Shown here: positions 23,733 through 39,372 of the stretch, piece after piece | Numbering within the stretch: the first letter of the stretch is position 1 | How the letters are laid out: every line of letters begins with the position of its first letter | Assembly (NCBI RefSeq): GCF_001194135.2 | Contig: NC_068998.1 | Span: 3,511,584-3,575,583, forward strand | Origin: Octopus bimaculoides | Taxonomy: Eukaryota | Length of the DNA: 64,000 bases | Direction of reading: 5' to 3' | Translations under genes and position numbers: made by a program | The notes under the pieces: generated by a model | What the model saw: the letters and a program-made list of their open reading frames with translations, nothing else | Database searches by the model: none | What the model was told of the DNA's origin: nothing

Positions 23733-26700
23733 CTGCAAAAGAACAAGCAGAATTACTTACAAAAGAATAGTCACAATATAGTTGTAATCACAGAATAGTT
23801 GTAGCTATAATCACATTATAGTCATATTTATCCTGGTTTGTATCACATGTGCCATTGGATATTGATTCACCAAAGTTTTACACAACTTCATATTTATAAT
23901 GGCATGTATCTTTATTCCATTCTGGAGAAATAGTGGTGCAATGCTATGAAAAAGAGGCTTCAGGTAACAAAATAATGAAGACAGAGAAATCAAATGGATA
24001 AATCAGCAGAAAAAAAAAAAAGAGTGATACATACAGCGTTCATGGCACCATGTGAGTGAATTGTTGTATAAGGAATATCTGTGCGAATTATCAAATAGTT
24101 TCTGTTTTGTCTGTATTTCCAGAAACAACCAAAGAAGAACAGTAAAATGAGGATAATGCCAAAACCGAACCTGGAAGAGAGAGAAAAAAAAGGAGAAACA
24201 GTAATTAGAGTAATTAGAGTACAGGCATGAGAAGAAGTGAATTAAAGTATGGAAAAAAAAGAAACAATGAAGTGTAAAACTGTTTCATAGTTAAACATAT
24301 TCAATAAGGGACTTTGATATCCTTTCTGTATGAGAGAGGGGGTCTGGGAGATGTATGACTGATCTTCAATAAAAAAAAAAACTATGCTATTACTAAACAA
24401 AACAAAAATGACAAAGCTTTTTCTTTGCAAATTAGGGGTTCACATACACACACATATATAAGAGAGCTGAAATGTTCTGGGGCTAATGGGTAAAAGGAAA
24501 TACAGGAGGATTTTAGTCAACGTATTCCCCTCTTGGGTTCACACATTTATTGCAGTGGTCCTTCAGTTTTTCCAAACCCTGTAAAAGAACTTGAAAGGTT
24601 GGGTCTCCAACCAGGCCTTTCATGATACCCTTAAGGCAAAGAACTTTTCAGCACCCGCCCACCTGTGTGTGTGAGTGTGTGTGTATGTATTAATACTTAG
24701 CAGAAGTAACAGAGTGGCTCAAGGGCTTGTATTACCAAACCTGTACATATATATATATGCATATGTGTGTATGTATGTGCATATACTATAATATATATAT
24801 AATCAGTATCATTTTACATCTCCTTTCCAAGCTGGCATAGGTTGGACAGGTCATCATGTTCTGAATTAATGTTTATTCAGAATAACTGTCCACTTAGAAG
24901 GTTTGGCAGACCACATCTTGTTTGTGTGTTTCCTTTTTGGCCGTGTTCCTATAGTGTCTTCGTTGGTAACCTTATTGTTACCAACAACTTTACAGAATGT
25001 ACTTGATGTAGTTTATCATAGCACCAGCAGCAAAAAGGTTGCCAATGTTGTCTCTACACATTTCACATACTGCACTGGGTGCATTTCACAAGTGAGGTGG
25101 CCTAGTAAACCCATAAAACTGGAATGCCCTCATTACTCTGTCCCATGAAGCAGTCAATTAAAAGAAGGAATGATGATAAACAAACTAGGACAGGCGAGTG
25201 TAGGGAGCAGGAATACGAGAGCAGAAACAGTGATTGGGTGAAAGTGATAGAATAGTATGTGTGTGTATATATAACACACACGTTTATCATCATCATCATC
25301 ACCATCATTGTAACATCTACTTCTCCAAACTTGCATGGGTCACATGAGATATGTTATCTTAGTTTGCATCACATGTGCCATTGCATGACCAGACATGGTT
25401 CCACAGAAGATTGGAAATGAAGGATACAGCTTACATGACAGTGGCACTCAATGACTATCCAACAATGTCAAAGCACGGAGGCATTAACACACACACAGAT
25501 ATACACATACATATTTATGTACACACACACACACACACACATAGAAATTTCCTTCAATTTCCATTAACTAAATCCATTCACAAGGCTTTGGTCAACCAGG
25601 AATCCTAGAAGAAAATACATGCCCAAAGTGCCACACAGTGGTACTGAACCCACAAACTTGGGTAGCAAACTAAGCTTCTTACCATCCAACCTATACACAC
25701 ACACACTCATTCTAAATAATCTTATTTAAAAAAAAAAGGCTACATTCAAACGAGCTGGGTTACATAATTCGTTAAGAGGTTTTATCTCTCTACATTATAC
25801 AAATGTCTTTTTTTTTTTTTTTTTNNNNNNNNNNNNNNNNNNNNNNNNNNNNNNNNNNNNNNNNNNNNNNNNNNNNNNNNNNNNNNNNNNNNNNNNNNNN
25901 NNNNNNNNNNNNNNNNNNNNNNNNNNNNNNNNNNNNNNNNNNNNNNNNNNNNNNNNNNNNNNNNNNNNNNNNNNNNNNNNNNNNNNNNNNNNNNNNNNNN
26001 NNNNNNNNNNNNNNNNNNNNNNNNNNNNNNNNNNNNNNNNNNNNNNNNNNNNNNNNNNNNNNNNNNNNNNNNNNNNNNNNNNNNNNNNNNNNNNNNNNNN
26101 NNNNNNNNNNNNNNNNNNNNNNNNNNNNNNNNNNNNNNNNNNNNNNNNNNNNNNNNNNNNNNNNNNNNNNNNNNNNNNNNNNNNNNNNNNNNNNNNNNNN
26201 NNNNGGGGGGGGTTCACATGCATTTGTGTGCATATGAGACCTTGCTACTTTCATCAGGTTTCTTCACGTCAGACTGTAGGTATGTGTGTGTGTGTAATTA
26301 TGCATATGCATGTGTGTGTGACATACAGGTATTTCTGATCAGGTTTCCTTAATTATTAACCCCCTCCACACACACACACCTTAACAGCAAATCCACGCAA
26401 TTACTAGACATCAAAATACCATTGAGCTGTTGATGTTATTAATTGGTATCTCTTATTCTCTTTTTCATAAAAAAAGAAATGTGACTCCTTGAGGCACACC
26501 TGAATTCTACTCATATAAGGACATAGCAATAAAGGAGGCTTCAGAAAGTCATACAACCTGCTAGAAATAGCAACCAAATTTCCCTCATTATTTTCTGCCA
26601 TCTTAGACGAGGAAGTGCACAGTGAATGATGAGGTAGTCCCTGATACATCAAGGGATGATTACCACTTGCTAAGTAGTTCAAACAAGGGCACACAACCCC

Positions 26701-29700
26701 AGGAGTTCAAGGACTCCTCCAAGTGCCTTGTGTTGCTGACAGTAAGGAAGCTTTCTCCACATGTAAACGACCAGCCAGAAGGGTGTGTAACCTGCTTCAA
26801 AGTATCTAACAATCATGTAGTTAAAAGCTGACAAAGCTTGCCTTCTTCTGGGCAAGTGTAGAGAAAATTTGTCTCTGTAGAGGTGAGTCATGGACTATGA
26901 AGAATGAGCTGCAAGATTGCCTTGATGGTGGTAGCTACACCACGCTTCTTGTGCGGGCCCAAAACTTCTCATGTCCTGGGGTCAATTTCTTTTACTAAAG
27001 GCAGTGCTCCAGCATGGCCAGTCAAATGACTGAAACTTGTAAAAAAAAATATATGTGTGTGTGTGTGTGTTCTTTTACTCATGATTGTAGCCATGCTGGA
27101 GCACTGCCTTGAAGGGTTTTTAGTGGGGGTATAAACACACATACATACACACAACAGGCTTCCACACAGTTTCCGTCTTCCACACCCAAATAGAGACCAA
27201 AGACTGCCCAGCAACAGAGCTGTTATTAGCAAAGATACACAACGTGAAAGTGAAGATCTACCAAAATTTAAATGGGGAACAGAGACTCCTGGTGCAGCTT
27301 TGTGAGACACATCTTGGCTGCAGCCATTTGAATGAGGACATGGTTACTGTTGGAGCACCCTATGATCAGGTGCCTAAGGTTAAACAACTACAACACAACA
27401 AGAACAGTTGTAGTAAAATTAACAATAAAAGAAAGGGGACAAAAAAAAGAAAAACGAAACCAGAGTCTGATAAAAACAGTGATAGTCTGCAACAACAGAG
27501 AACAGTGAATAGACATATTGTTGATGGGTGGTGGTGGTGGTGGTGGTGAGGGGGAGAGGTGAAACCTGACATTTCAAACAGAGGAACCAGTCTTTAAAAA
27601 CAGGCAAAGATTGAGTTCAACAGCAAAATTTACTTTCTTCGTGAAACACAAACTTACTTTTTTTTTATTTTACGATTTTGTTTATTCTGAAATTCCTGTG
27701 GGTGAAGAAAACTCTCGTTTCAAAAGGCAACCTCAAAGGGGTGGGTGTAACTATCTCCGTTGTGGTTTAGCCCCAGGTCAGGCCTGGCTGAGTAAACCTA
27801 TGGCGAAATGTGCTAAAGCTGTGATCATCCCACCTTTGTTTGAAATCTACTGGACACAGGACCCCGTTTTCCTGATTACATGTTTTCTCCCCTTTATAAG
27901 AAGACCGTAGGGTGAGGTTTAAAGGAGACTTAGCTGCTATTTCTGGAAGTCTGAATCTTTCCTGCTACTGGGATCATTGCTAGGGACAAAGTATAATCTT
28001 TACAAATATCGGTTTCAAATTTTGGCACAAGACCACAAGTTCAAGGGAAGAGGGGGTAAGTCTATTACATCGACCCCCCCCCCTCCCAGTGCTCAACTGG
28101 TACTTATTTTATCGACCCCGAAAGGATGAAAGGCAAAGTCGACCTCGGCGGAATTTGAACACAGAATATTACAACAAACAAAATACCACTTAGCATTTTG
28201 CCTGGCATGCCAACGGTCCTGCCAGTTTGCCGCCTTACAACTCTTTACAAATATTAGAAACGTATTCTGGAAACCCATAGTAATATACACAACTGGATGT
28301 GGTGGTGATGATGATGATGATGGTGATGACGGTGGTGGTGGTGGTGGTGACATTAATGGCTGGCTTGAAACAGATTTACACATACAGAACACATTTGTAT
28401 ATATTTGCCAATGCTTATGGGTTTTTGAGCTTCTGTAAATTTCCTGTTTGTCTACACAGGCTTACACACGTAAGTACATCGTAAGATAATCATTTAATGA
28501 TCATAGCTCATTAATACAATTAGCTGTTTAATTTACAGATCACAGAAGGGGGTTAGGGGGCGGGGGCTGGATAAGGAAATCAAACCAGCGGGTTAATGAA
28601 TACTGTTCATAGAATACATTCAAAAATGTTCTTGTTTAGCCCTAGGTCAGCCCCAATCTGACAGGCTTATGATCAAAAAGATTCCAGCTATGACCATTAT
28701 ATCTTTCATTCAAGCATAATACATCTCAGCCTACATTATCCAATAAATCCTTTGTAAAAAATAAAATGGAAGGAGGTGTAACTTGAGGGAGATTTGGCTG
28801 TTATTTCTAGCAAGTATATGGAAACAAACTAGGCCTGTCTACTTAAAAGTCTAATGGGAGTTGACATAATTTCTAGATATATTCATAGGAGGAGCCGAAC
28901 TGAAGCTTACAAAACTTCAGTTTTACAGCAGTTAATTGCCCAACCATGTGGTGTCTATTTACAATGAGAGAATCTCGGTCAAGACCTAATTGTGCTGCTC
29001 AATATAACCTCAACTCTTTAGCATTCAGATTTGTTAAATGTAATGTTTATTTAATTCACATTGTTTTGAAATAATCATGGATTATCTCATTGTAGCTTCC
29101 AGATTTCAATGCCATGCTTTTATATTTTTAGAATGACATTGTAGGGTAGGTGTGAGAGGTTGGATCTGGTCTGTTTTAACATAAAACAGTCGGAATACTT
29201 GGGCCGGATATGGCTGGATTAAATGCTAAAAAGGTTAAGCAATACTGGTTTGAGCTAATAAGAGGAAAATAATAAGCCAATTAGCTTGCTGGCAATGGAA
29301 AGAAAACAATGTTGTCCTTCAAGTAAGTTAATCTTTTAATACCATGTAAACAACAAGAAAATCGCTTTGCTACGGCTAAACACAAAATAACAGATGGAAC
29401 AATATATAAGGAGGGGGGGGGGTCAAAGTAATAAATCTGAAAGCAAATGATGTAGAAACCCAAACCTTGTAATGTTACATTAAAAGGCATAATTTATATA
29501 TGTAGACACACACACACACACATCATTTAACTGTTTCAGTCCTTAGAGTGTGGCCACGCTGAGACACTGAGCTATGGTGACATTCTTTTTGGTATTTCCT
29601 TTTAATAAATCATCCACGAGCTCTGCACTTTAGAGTTCCTCTGGAATAAAACAGAAGACCCTTACGGGGAAAATAAGTAAGTGTTGGTGACTGACAGGAA

Positions 29701-31794
29701 GTGCATCAAGCTGTAAAATGCATGCCACAATTTCCTTCTGTCTAATCCATGAGCAAACGGTGGCTCGGTTGGCAGATCATGAGATGTTTACGTTCGTGGT
29801 AGACGCTGGAAGAATAAACACTTGAAGAGGGACAAAGACAAGGCAAAGTGATTGTGAATGTGGGTATGTTTATCAAGGGGTTAATTTTATTTTGAGTATA
29901 GTCTCTAGCACACTTAAGTCTATGGAACAGATGACTCATCATAGATGCGTATTGTTGCTTACCATCCACCTTTCTCTCTCTCTTCTCCAACATCTTCCTT
30001 TTCCATAAGGGATACTTCACAACAAATTAGATGCTGTGCGCTTAACACTAGACAATCTGCTCTCATCATGGCAACATCAGCATCTTCACTTGATCTGATA
30101 TCGCATCTGGCTCCTCTAAAAATGTCATCAAAAACAAACACTGGAGTCCTATTTACCCATCTGGGATATAGCTGTTTTTCTCTCACAAACACACATCATA
30201 GATTCACATTTGCCACAAGGATGGAGAAGGGCAGGCCTGCTCTTGAAATGAGTGATATGAGCATTTTGAAATGAGGGCAGACAAATTACAATGTTACATA
30301 ACACTTGGATGCGTTTAAAACTTTTGCACAACACTGTGGTGAAGAAAATGGAATTATAAGGATACAAACTATTTCAAACGCCTTTAGGCTAGGAGACAGG
30401 CCTGAAGCAGACCTGGTGTAAAGATGGTATGTTATTGATGAGATCTTGGACAAACCTAACTGATTGATTAAAACAGTCAAATCAATCAATTAGTGAATTG
30501 GTTAAATGTTAGCAAATTCACTTATGATAATCGTTTCAAATTTTGGCACAAGGCCAGCATTTTTGTGGGCATGATTAAATTGATTGCATCGACCTCAGTA
30601 CTCATCTGGTACTGATTTTATCAGCCCTGAAAGGATGAAAGGCAAAGCTGACCTCAGCAGAATTTGAACTCAGAATGTAAAAACAGATGAAATGCCACAA
30701 AGCATTTTGCCCAGCATGTTAACAATTCTGCTAACTTGCCACCATAAACTGACTAATAGTTACGAAAAAAAAGGAAATAGAACCAGTGCATGTGTTTATT
30801 ATTGGCATAATGACCCTCCCAAGAGACAACAAAATCAGTTTCAACACAGACGTTCACATTAAGAATCTTGCAAACCAAATACAAAAACAAGACAAACTAT
30901 TTTGTTTTCTCATTAATAAAAGTAGGATGGAATGGGACAGAAAACTTTCCATAATATTGGGGTGGAATGTGGGTGATGGCACCTTTCAGTCTGATAAGCG
31001 CTGTTCGAAACAATGCCATTTGAGTACACACTAGAATACTATTCACCCGCTTACAATGCAGTTGTCACTGATATAAATAGGAACACTCTAAAGGATCTTT
31101 GATTACACACCAGGGTACTGTTCACCCACCTATGATGTAATCGTAGCTGCTACTCACAGGAACACCCTAAAGAAGGCTAGTCTATTGATCAGCAATAATT
31201 TGTTAATACATTACAACCTATATAGCCCACAGGTACAAAGTCTCTTCGGTTTGCTTATTGACGTTATTTGTTTGAAATTCAGGAGTTAGCTGAAGGGCCA
31301 CAATTTTCAGGCCAAACCCAGCTCGGAAGACAGATTTAAGTGTGTCACCTCTCTACCATTGATAAGATAGTAGTGGCAATGGAGTAGAACAACTTATTCA
31401 AAACCTAAAACCATATTTTGTAGGTTAGGTTCTAGGTCACAAACTGGCATTAGATTAGCGACACCTGTCATAGGTCTGTCTGATAAGAGCCTACAGAGCT
31501 TATCTATCTGACAATAAAATTCATGATCCCACTCACTGAAGGGGTTACACACACACACACAGTGAATAAAAATGGATAGGAAGTTGTATTTTTTTCACTG
31601 TGTGACATGTGTAGCATGTATTATTACAGAAACTGGAGTCGCAAAGTATCTTACAATCATTCAACAAGTAAATATTGCACTGATTGGTCTACTGATAGGA
31701 TAATGGATTGAGAATATTTATCAGTATTCCCCATGAATAACCTGCTAGCTAAAAACATGCTCATGCGCTACAGAGTTGATATCACCCACTAATT

Positions 31795-31853
<59 letters not shown>

Positions 31854-34800
31854 GAATTTGACCTCCACGACCTACCCCACGGTTTGTAGTCTTGCAAACT
31901 GTATGGCAACCTCAATACTGCAGGTAGCATGGAAAAAAAACATCCAGTACACACTATAAAGAGGTTGGCATTAGGAAAGGTGAAGGTGGAAGAGGTGAGT
32001 TATCTTCAGACTTGAAACCTGGTCTAAATGCTTGCAATAAATGGAGTCTGCTCAAGGGTATCACTGAAGGGCCAGGTGGTAGTGTGTGACCCTTTAACAT
32101 TCAGAATCTCGTGTCTTCAAGAGTTCAATGATGATTATTTTTAGAATGACATTGTAGGGTATGTGTGAGAGGCCAGATCTGGCCAGTTTGAACATAAAAC
32201 CAGTAAAATATTTATGCCCGATGGGGGCCAGTTTAAACGCTAAAGGGTGAAATGGTAGCAGATTAAATCTGCCCCATCCCAAGAACAGAAATGATGCCTC
32301 AAATGTGCTTTCACACAGTTTCTGTCATCTAATATTGCCTTCACTTACAAAGCTTTGGTCGACCCAAGTCTACAGAAGAAGTCACCCACTCAAAGTACCC
32401 CACAAGGTGGGTTCACATTTGAAACTTTGCCGTAATGTAGCAAATTTCTTTAAACACTGGACAGCCAAAAGGTTATGGTAATAATAGGTACGTGGTGGTG
32501 GTGGAGAGGGTGGCTGCAGGGGAGGCGGGGGCTACGAAAAATGGATATGAGAGAAGATGTTTAATTGATTGCTGAAATCAATAACACGACACAATAATGA
32601 TTAGAGATTATTAAGGAAAGACAAGAAATCAATGCATCAAAGAATGGAAGATTATGTGAAGGAACCAATGAGATATATGATGATGATGATGATGATAGGA
32701 AATAAAAAACAGAAGGAGGGGTTGAGTGGTGAGGAGAGAAAGCAAAAAAAAAAGAAAAAAAGAAAAAGGAGGAGAACGTGAAAAAGAAGGGGAATGAGAA
32801 AAAGAAAAAAATGAATAAATGATGATAGATATAACTGCAAATTCAATCAAAGACATTTTCAAAGAGTTGTCGCCATAGTAACATATGCCAAGTTAAGAAT
32901 TGTCTAATTGAGTTAAGATGGTATAAATGCCAAGACTAAGAGATTAAATTAAAGATATAGATTAGTGTCTATTGATCATAAATGAGTATATAACATGTAG
33001 AGGGTCGGGGGATGAAGTGGTCTCTCACACATGCACACACCTAGCTTGGAGTGCATTCGTAGTTGTAACCATAAGCAATAAGAGGTTGCATATACAGTCA
33101 AGGTTATCCTATTTAAGATATGCTGAAACAAATCATAAAAGCCTCCATGGATACATAACAAAAGAATTAACTTATCTCTTGTCTTATATCAATATCCACA
33201 AGCAAAATGAGTTGTACCTGTATTTCAAAGGGCCAGCCTTGTCACACTGTGTTACGCTGAGTATCCCCGAGAACTAGGTTAAGGGTACACGTGTCTGTGG
33301 AGTGCTCAGCCACTTGCATGTCAATTTCATGAACAGGCTGTTCCATTGATCGGATCAACTGGAACAATCATTATTGTAACCAACGGAGTGCCAGTTTAGC
33401 TTGTGTACTCAGCGGAAGTAATTTAGACACAAAAGGTAGCTAATAATGAAGAGCTCTTTAGTTTTGCAACTAGCCCAGAAGAAACCAGATGAAGTCCTGT
33501 TTTATGGAGGTGAAGGGTAACAAATTTACTTTTACTGACATTCTCGATAGCAAGAAAGCAGGTTCTTAAGAAACCAAACTTGTAGCTGGGGAGCAGAGTG
33601 TGAGGCTGGAGGTGATAAAAGGAAATGGCTGTTCTTATCACTGTTTCAACCAACTTTGGGATATTCAAAGAAAGAGTAACAGGATGGCAGTTGACAGGGT
33701 CAACAAGCAATATAATATTTGTTCATTGACCGATTTTAAATTTATAATTTGTAGGTTAGTTGCACAAACTTCCAGATTTTTTTTTTTTTACACTGAAATT
33801 ATAGCAAATGATAATGTTGCTTCCAAATAGTGCAAAAAAAAAAAAAAAGGGTAATTTATGTAGCAAAAACAGCTCAAATTTTTGTTGTTCTTCATTACAA
33901 TTTCCAAACAACATGGTACTCTGTGTAATCTGGCCTTACACTTGATGCTATTTTTCTATCTCTAACCTACTTTTCATCTATTTCTGTATATACACACATC
34001 TCCACCCAACACAAAGTCTCTCTGCCCAGTCTGTTTGTCTCTCTGTTTCAGTTTTTCTACAAAAATATAACCAAAATGAAAATTAAAACTGATTTATATT
34101 AATGCACCGTTGTTTCATTCCTCACCACAAAATTTTCCCAGTTTTTTTCTTTTTTAATGGTTTCTGCATCAAAGTCGTTAACATGATCTTTATTATTCTT
34201 TTATTTGTTTCAGTCATTTGACTGTGGCCATGCCGGAGCACCGCCTTTAGTTGAACAAATCGACCCCCAGGACTTATTTTTTGTAAGCCTAGTGCTTATT
34301 CTATCATTCTCTTTTGCCAAACCACTAAGTTACAGGGATGTAAACACACCAACATTGGTTGTCAAGTGATGGTGGCGGGGTAGATACACACAAACACACA
34401 CATATAAAGAGATATATACGATGGGTTTCTTTCAGTTTCTGTCTACCAAATCCATTCACTTTACATAGTGCACTGAGAGCTTTTTTACATGGCACCAGCA
34501 TGGGTGCTTCATATGTGGCACTAACACAGGTGGTTTTTATGTAACACTGGCACAATTCCACCAATCCACTGCTCCGAATAGGTTTTTTATTTAATCAACT
34601 TCAAAATAATAGATACAAAGAACAAAACAATAACTGCATATTCTAATGACTCTGCCAACTGGTTGACTGTATAAAAATTTTAACATTAACTTAACGCATA
34701 AATAAAGTTAACCCTATAATCTACAGAATCGTTATTGATTTTTGCCCATGTTAGTCTGTGTTGAGTTCTGTATTTTCTGACAGTGAGATTCAAAGTTTAT

Positions 34801-37800
34801 AGATCAAATCAACATCATCATTGATTTAATATCCACTTTTCCATGCTTGCAAGAGTCAGAAGGAATCCTTCGAAGATCTTCTACAGCCCTTTACTTGTTT
34901 CAGTCATTAGACTGCAGTAACACCTTGAAGGATTTTTAGTCAACTGAATCAACCCCACGGGCTTCTTACCATTTCTGTCTACCCGATCTACTCACAAGGC
35001 TTTGGTTGGCCCAAGACTATAGCAGAAAACACTTGTCTAAAGTGCCATGAAGTGAGACTGAACTCAGAACAATGTGGTCGGGAAGCAAACTTCTTACCAC
35101 ACAGCCATGCCTGACCCCTTCCTGTTGCCAACCCTTGCCTGCTTCCAAGCAAAGTAATATTCCCCCATGAACAAACAAGCTCTCATGGAATAATGGAAAT
35201 GAGTGATACTGCCTGTATGACAGGGATACTCACTTACAGCCACCACACAACATCAACACACACACAAATACACAGACACCATGGTGGATAGTTTCATTTG
35301 TCTATTTTTGTTTTAAACAGCTTGGTGTGAATTAAATACATATATTTTAAGCACCACACAGTGCCAATTAGGAGGAGGACTGAAATTCCACTAATTAAAA
35401 AGTCTTTAGCTATGATAGTAAATTATTATGAGAAAATAAAAATACATTCCTTTTATGCTTTTGATATGCAGAAAAAAAAGATTGGAAGAAGAGATTAGAT
35501 AAGACTTCTGTGAGAAAGAATCAACAAAAATTGCCATACATTTGTTTTGTTTTTTTTTCACATCAAAAGCAAGACGGGAATATTGTTATTTTCTTACACA
35601 CACACACACACACACTTGAATTTAGAAACAAGGAAAAAATGTTGAAGTTAATCTGTTTAGTAGAGGTTGTTTATTTGAAGCTGGGGCTTGCATCCATTGC
35701 TATTTAGAGTATTGAGCTCCCTTTTTTCACAGCAACTGAAGTTTAAATCAGTTGCTGTGAGAAACAGAAATCAAACTCAAAGTAACAATAGAAAATGGTG
35801 TATTGTGTGTGTGTAGAGAGAGAGAGGGCGGGGGGGGGGAGAGTTGTTTGTGTTTGTTTTTAAAGCAATAAGCATTTAAACTATATTACCAGAAGTACCA
35901 GAGTTCCCAAACTTTGTAAGATTTGCAGCAAATATTGTAACCACAGCAATATTCATCATCACCACACCTGAAAGAGAGAAAGAGAGGATTAACATACCAA
36001 TCTGAGAAGATTACATATTTGGATAACACCGTTATAACTAGCATCATCACCATCATCATTATTGTTGTTGTTGTTGTACTGTTGTTTTGTTTAGCCCTAG
36101 GCAACACTGCTGAAACAGATGTGTGATCAAAGGTGTCCCAAGCATGACTATCATCATCAAGATTTAACATCCATTTTCCAAGCTGGCATGGATGGCTTGA
36201 CATGAACTGGCAAGGCCAGGGGTCACACCAGGTTCCAGAGTCTGTTTTGGCTTGGTTTCTACAGCTGGATGCCCTTCCCAACACCAACCACTTTACAGTT
36301 GTCAAGTGATGGTAACCCACACACACATGATGGGCTTCTTTCAGTTTTCATCTGCCAAATCCACTCACAAGATTTTGATTGGCCTGAGGCTATAGTAGAA
36401 GACACTTGCCCAAGGTGCCATGCAGTGGGGATGAACCTGGAACCATGTGGTTGCTAAGCAAACTTCTTACTACATGGCCACACCTGCACTTATATGTTTC
36501 AATGAATTTTAACAGCAAAAGTTGAGTTGATGAGGGAACTGACTGCTATTCCTAGCATGTTGAGTGACACCAGTAAACACAGTCACAAACACTGACTCTG
36601 AACCAGTAAAGCAATAATCAAAGAAAGGCATTCCAACCATCACCTGCCCACCTTTTATTTTTGTGGCATAGTGTACCCCAGACTACATTATCATATGTGT
36701 CCTAAAAAAAAAAGATTCTGGTGGACACAAGGGAGATTTGGCTTAACAACAACAACAACAAGAAAAGGAAATGGTCAAGTTTAGAACATGGGATGGTGAC
36801 AACAGGAATACTTTTTATAAAAAAAAAAGACTGAGTGGTCATAATCGAAACATTAAAAAAAAAAAAAGAGCAGATTGTCACAGTTGAACGATCTTAAAAA
36901 GAAAAAAATGAGATGGTCATTGTTGAAATACTTTTCAAAGAGTTCTCCCCCCAAAAAAGGCTGTGGCATTTTTAATCTCTGTATTCAATAGTGATATCAA
37001 AAAGACCAATGAAAAGATAGCAGTCTGAATGTGATTGTGTGGAAACAGCCAATGAGAAATTAGTGTTCTATGTGGTGTATAACTAAAATAAAAACACTCA
37101 GTTTTTACCCAAACAAATGCAATGACATCATCGCATTATCTCAGTTGTTGAGCTTTATTCATATCCTGTTTGGAAAATATGTAAACTGTTGTTAGTAAAT
37201 AATACAAAGGGGAGTGGAAAACCAAGAAAGTAAATATGAAAACTAGCACCTCTGTGAATCAAGTCTATAAATTTATAAAAAGAAGTACACATATTTGGTA
37301 CACCTTTATATAAGCTGCACTCTAAATTTTCCAGGTAAAAAATAGCAGCTTATACACTGTAAAATGCGGTATTTGTAGAGGCAGAGGCAAGTTTGCTCGC
37401 TGGTTGTTAGTTGATAGTGTAGAAGTGGTTGTCCGCCAGTAGGGGGGAGAAAGAATAAGGAATGCACAGTGCTGACTAGAAAGAAAGAAAGGATAAAAGT
37501 GGCATTGTCTTCGCTCGACATATGAATAGAACAGAGTGGTGACATTTAGTAGAAATGACCCAGAAGTTGACCCGGAAAGCAGTAGCTTTCTTCAACTGAA
37601 TACACATCGTTGATTGGTTAAAATTACCTAAATACAACAACTTTAACATGAAATAATTACTAAAATACAAAATCTTATCAAAAATGTTCAAAGTAAACCA
37701 TGTTCTGCAGGAGAAATTCCACCAGTATACAAAGTTTCAAACTGTTTGACATGGGTTGGATTGTTTCACAGAAGCTGGCAAACTGGAGGGCTGCACCAGG

Positions 37801-38074
37801 CTTCAGTTATCTGTTTTGGCATGGTTTCTATGGATACCCTTCCTAACACCAATCACTGTACAGATATTATATATATAAGTAGTATTGACCAGGTGCCGAA
37901 ACCATAGTGATATCTGCTTCACAGCTGATGATGGCTATACATACTTGTTATGCTTATTTGTCAACTTTTGCATGTTTGTGGATCTGTGGTCTGTGGAAAT
38001 TACTTACATTGGTATTGAATGTTTTCTTTATTAAGCTTAGATAATGCTTAGAAATTTTTGTGTAGTTCTGTGGC

Positions 38075-38110
<36 letters not shown>

Positions 38111-39324
38111 GATGGTGATGATAGGTGGAGGTATAGCTGTGGGATTAAGACATTCACTTCTTCCTAACCACATGGTTTCAGGTTCAGTCCCACTGTGTGA
38201 CACATTGGGCAAGTGTCTTCTACAACAGCCCTGGGACAACTAAAGCTTCATGAGTGAATCTGACAGACAGAAACTGAAAAGAAGACCATTGTAAGTATGC
38301 ATTGTGTGTGCCTGCACAGGTGAACGCTTGTGTGTGAGTTTGCTTCTGCACTCCAGTGAAAGTCGTTAATATTCAAGCCATGTTGCTGTTGTCACTTGTC
38401 AACAAATTGTCTGCTTTTCTGTGGGTCCTTAGTTGAAAAGCGGGTAAATGGTTAGCTTCAAGAAGGGCATTTGGCTGTATAATCACTGCTGTAATATCAT
38501 ATCAACTTAACCCATGCCAGCATGGTAAAACAGATATAGAAACAATTAGTGAATATTTAATCATAAACATACTACACCCTCTGTCCTCTCACCACTCCAT
38601 CATTTATTCTTCTTCCACAATTACTACTACTACTACTACTATTACTACAATGGCTTCTGCTCTTCTGAATTAGCAAGTTACTTATCACCTCCACCCAACA
38701 CTACTGGTTGAACACTCACCTTCCTAATCTCAACTCTGCTACGTCTCACCAGTCAGATCCCAGCACGAGATGATATTTCCTGCAACTCAACCTCTCTCTA
38801 CTCTTCCCTACTCTCACTCCCTCCTCTTCGCTCTTTCACTTCTCTCTTCCTTCCTTGCTCTTAGTCTTCCCCTTCACTCTTGCTCTCTCCCCCTCCTCCA
38901 TCACTCACTCTCTCACTCTCTCTCTCCCTCCCACCACATGATCACCCCCCACAGACATCCAGACATTGACCAACAAAAAGTGCAGACCAAACACCAACCA
39001 CATCAGTCTGAAAGTCTAAGAGGAGTTGCAAAGGTCATGGTTGCTGCATCTCTTCTTAACTCCAATTAAATATTAATAATAATAATAACAGCAACAACAA
39101 ATTACTCCAGACATATATTTCCATGATTGGTTAAATTTAATTTAATCATATAAAAACTGTAATTTATACTTACTTGTCACTATCACAGTAATATCCAGCA
39201 ACCTGAAATATTAAGAAAAAGGAAAATGTTACAAATAGTACACAGCACTTTTAATTAGACATTTTGAAATCTAAATATTCTTGAAATTAATTGGCATATG
39301 AATGTTTCATATATATATATATAT

Positions 39325-39372
<48 letters not shown>

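Noticed and set aside
29945-30370. Several overlapping 70-110-aa ORFs
   Set aside because: No recognisable domain or splice signals linking to either gene; probably an old repeat, but I could not classify it
32494-32533. Proline-rich - strand segment [13 protein letters not shown] after an AG, as a possible missing PPxY exon of gene 2
   Set aside because: It lies upstream of the TM exon, has a weak donor, would break the frame and contains no PPxY
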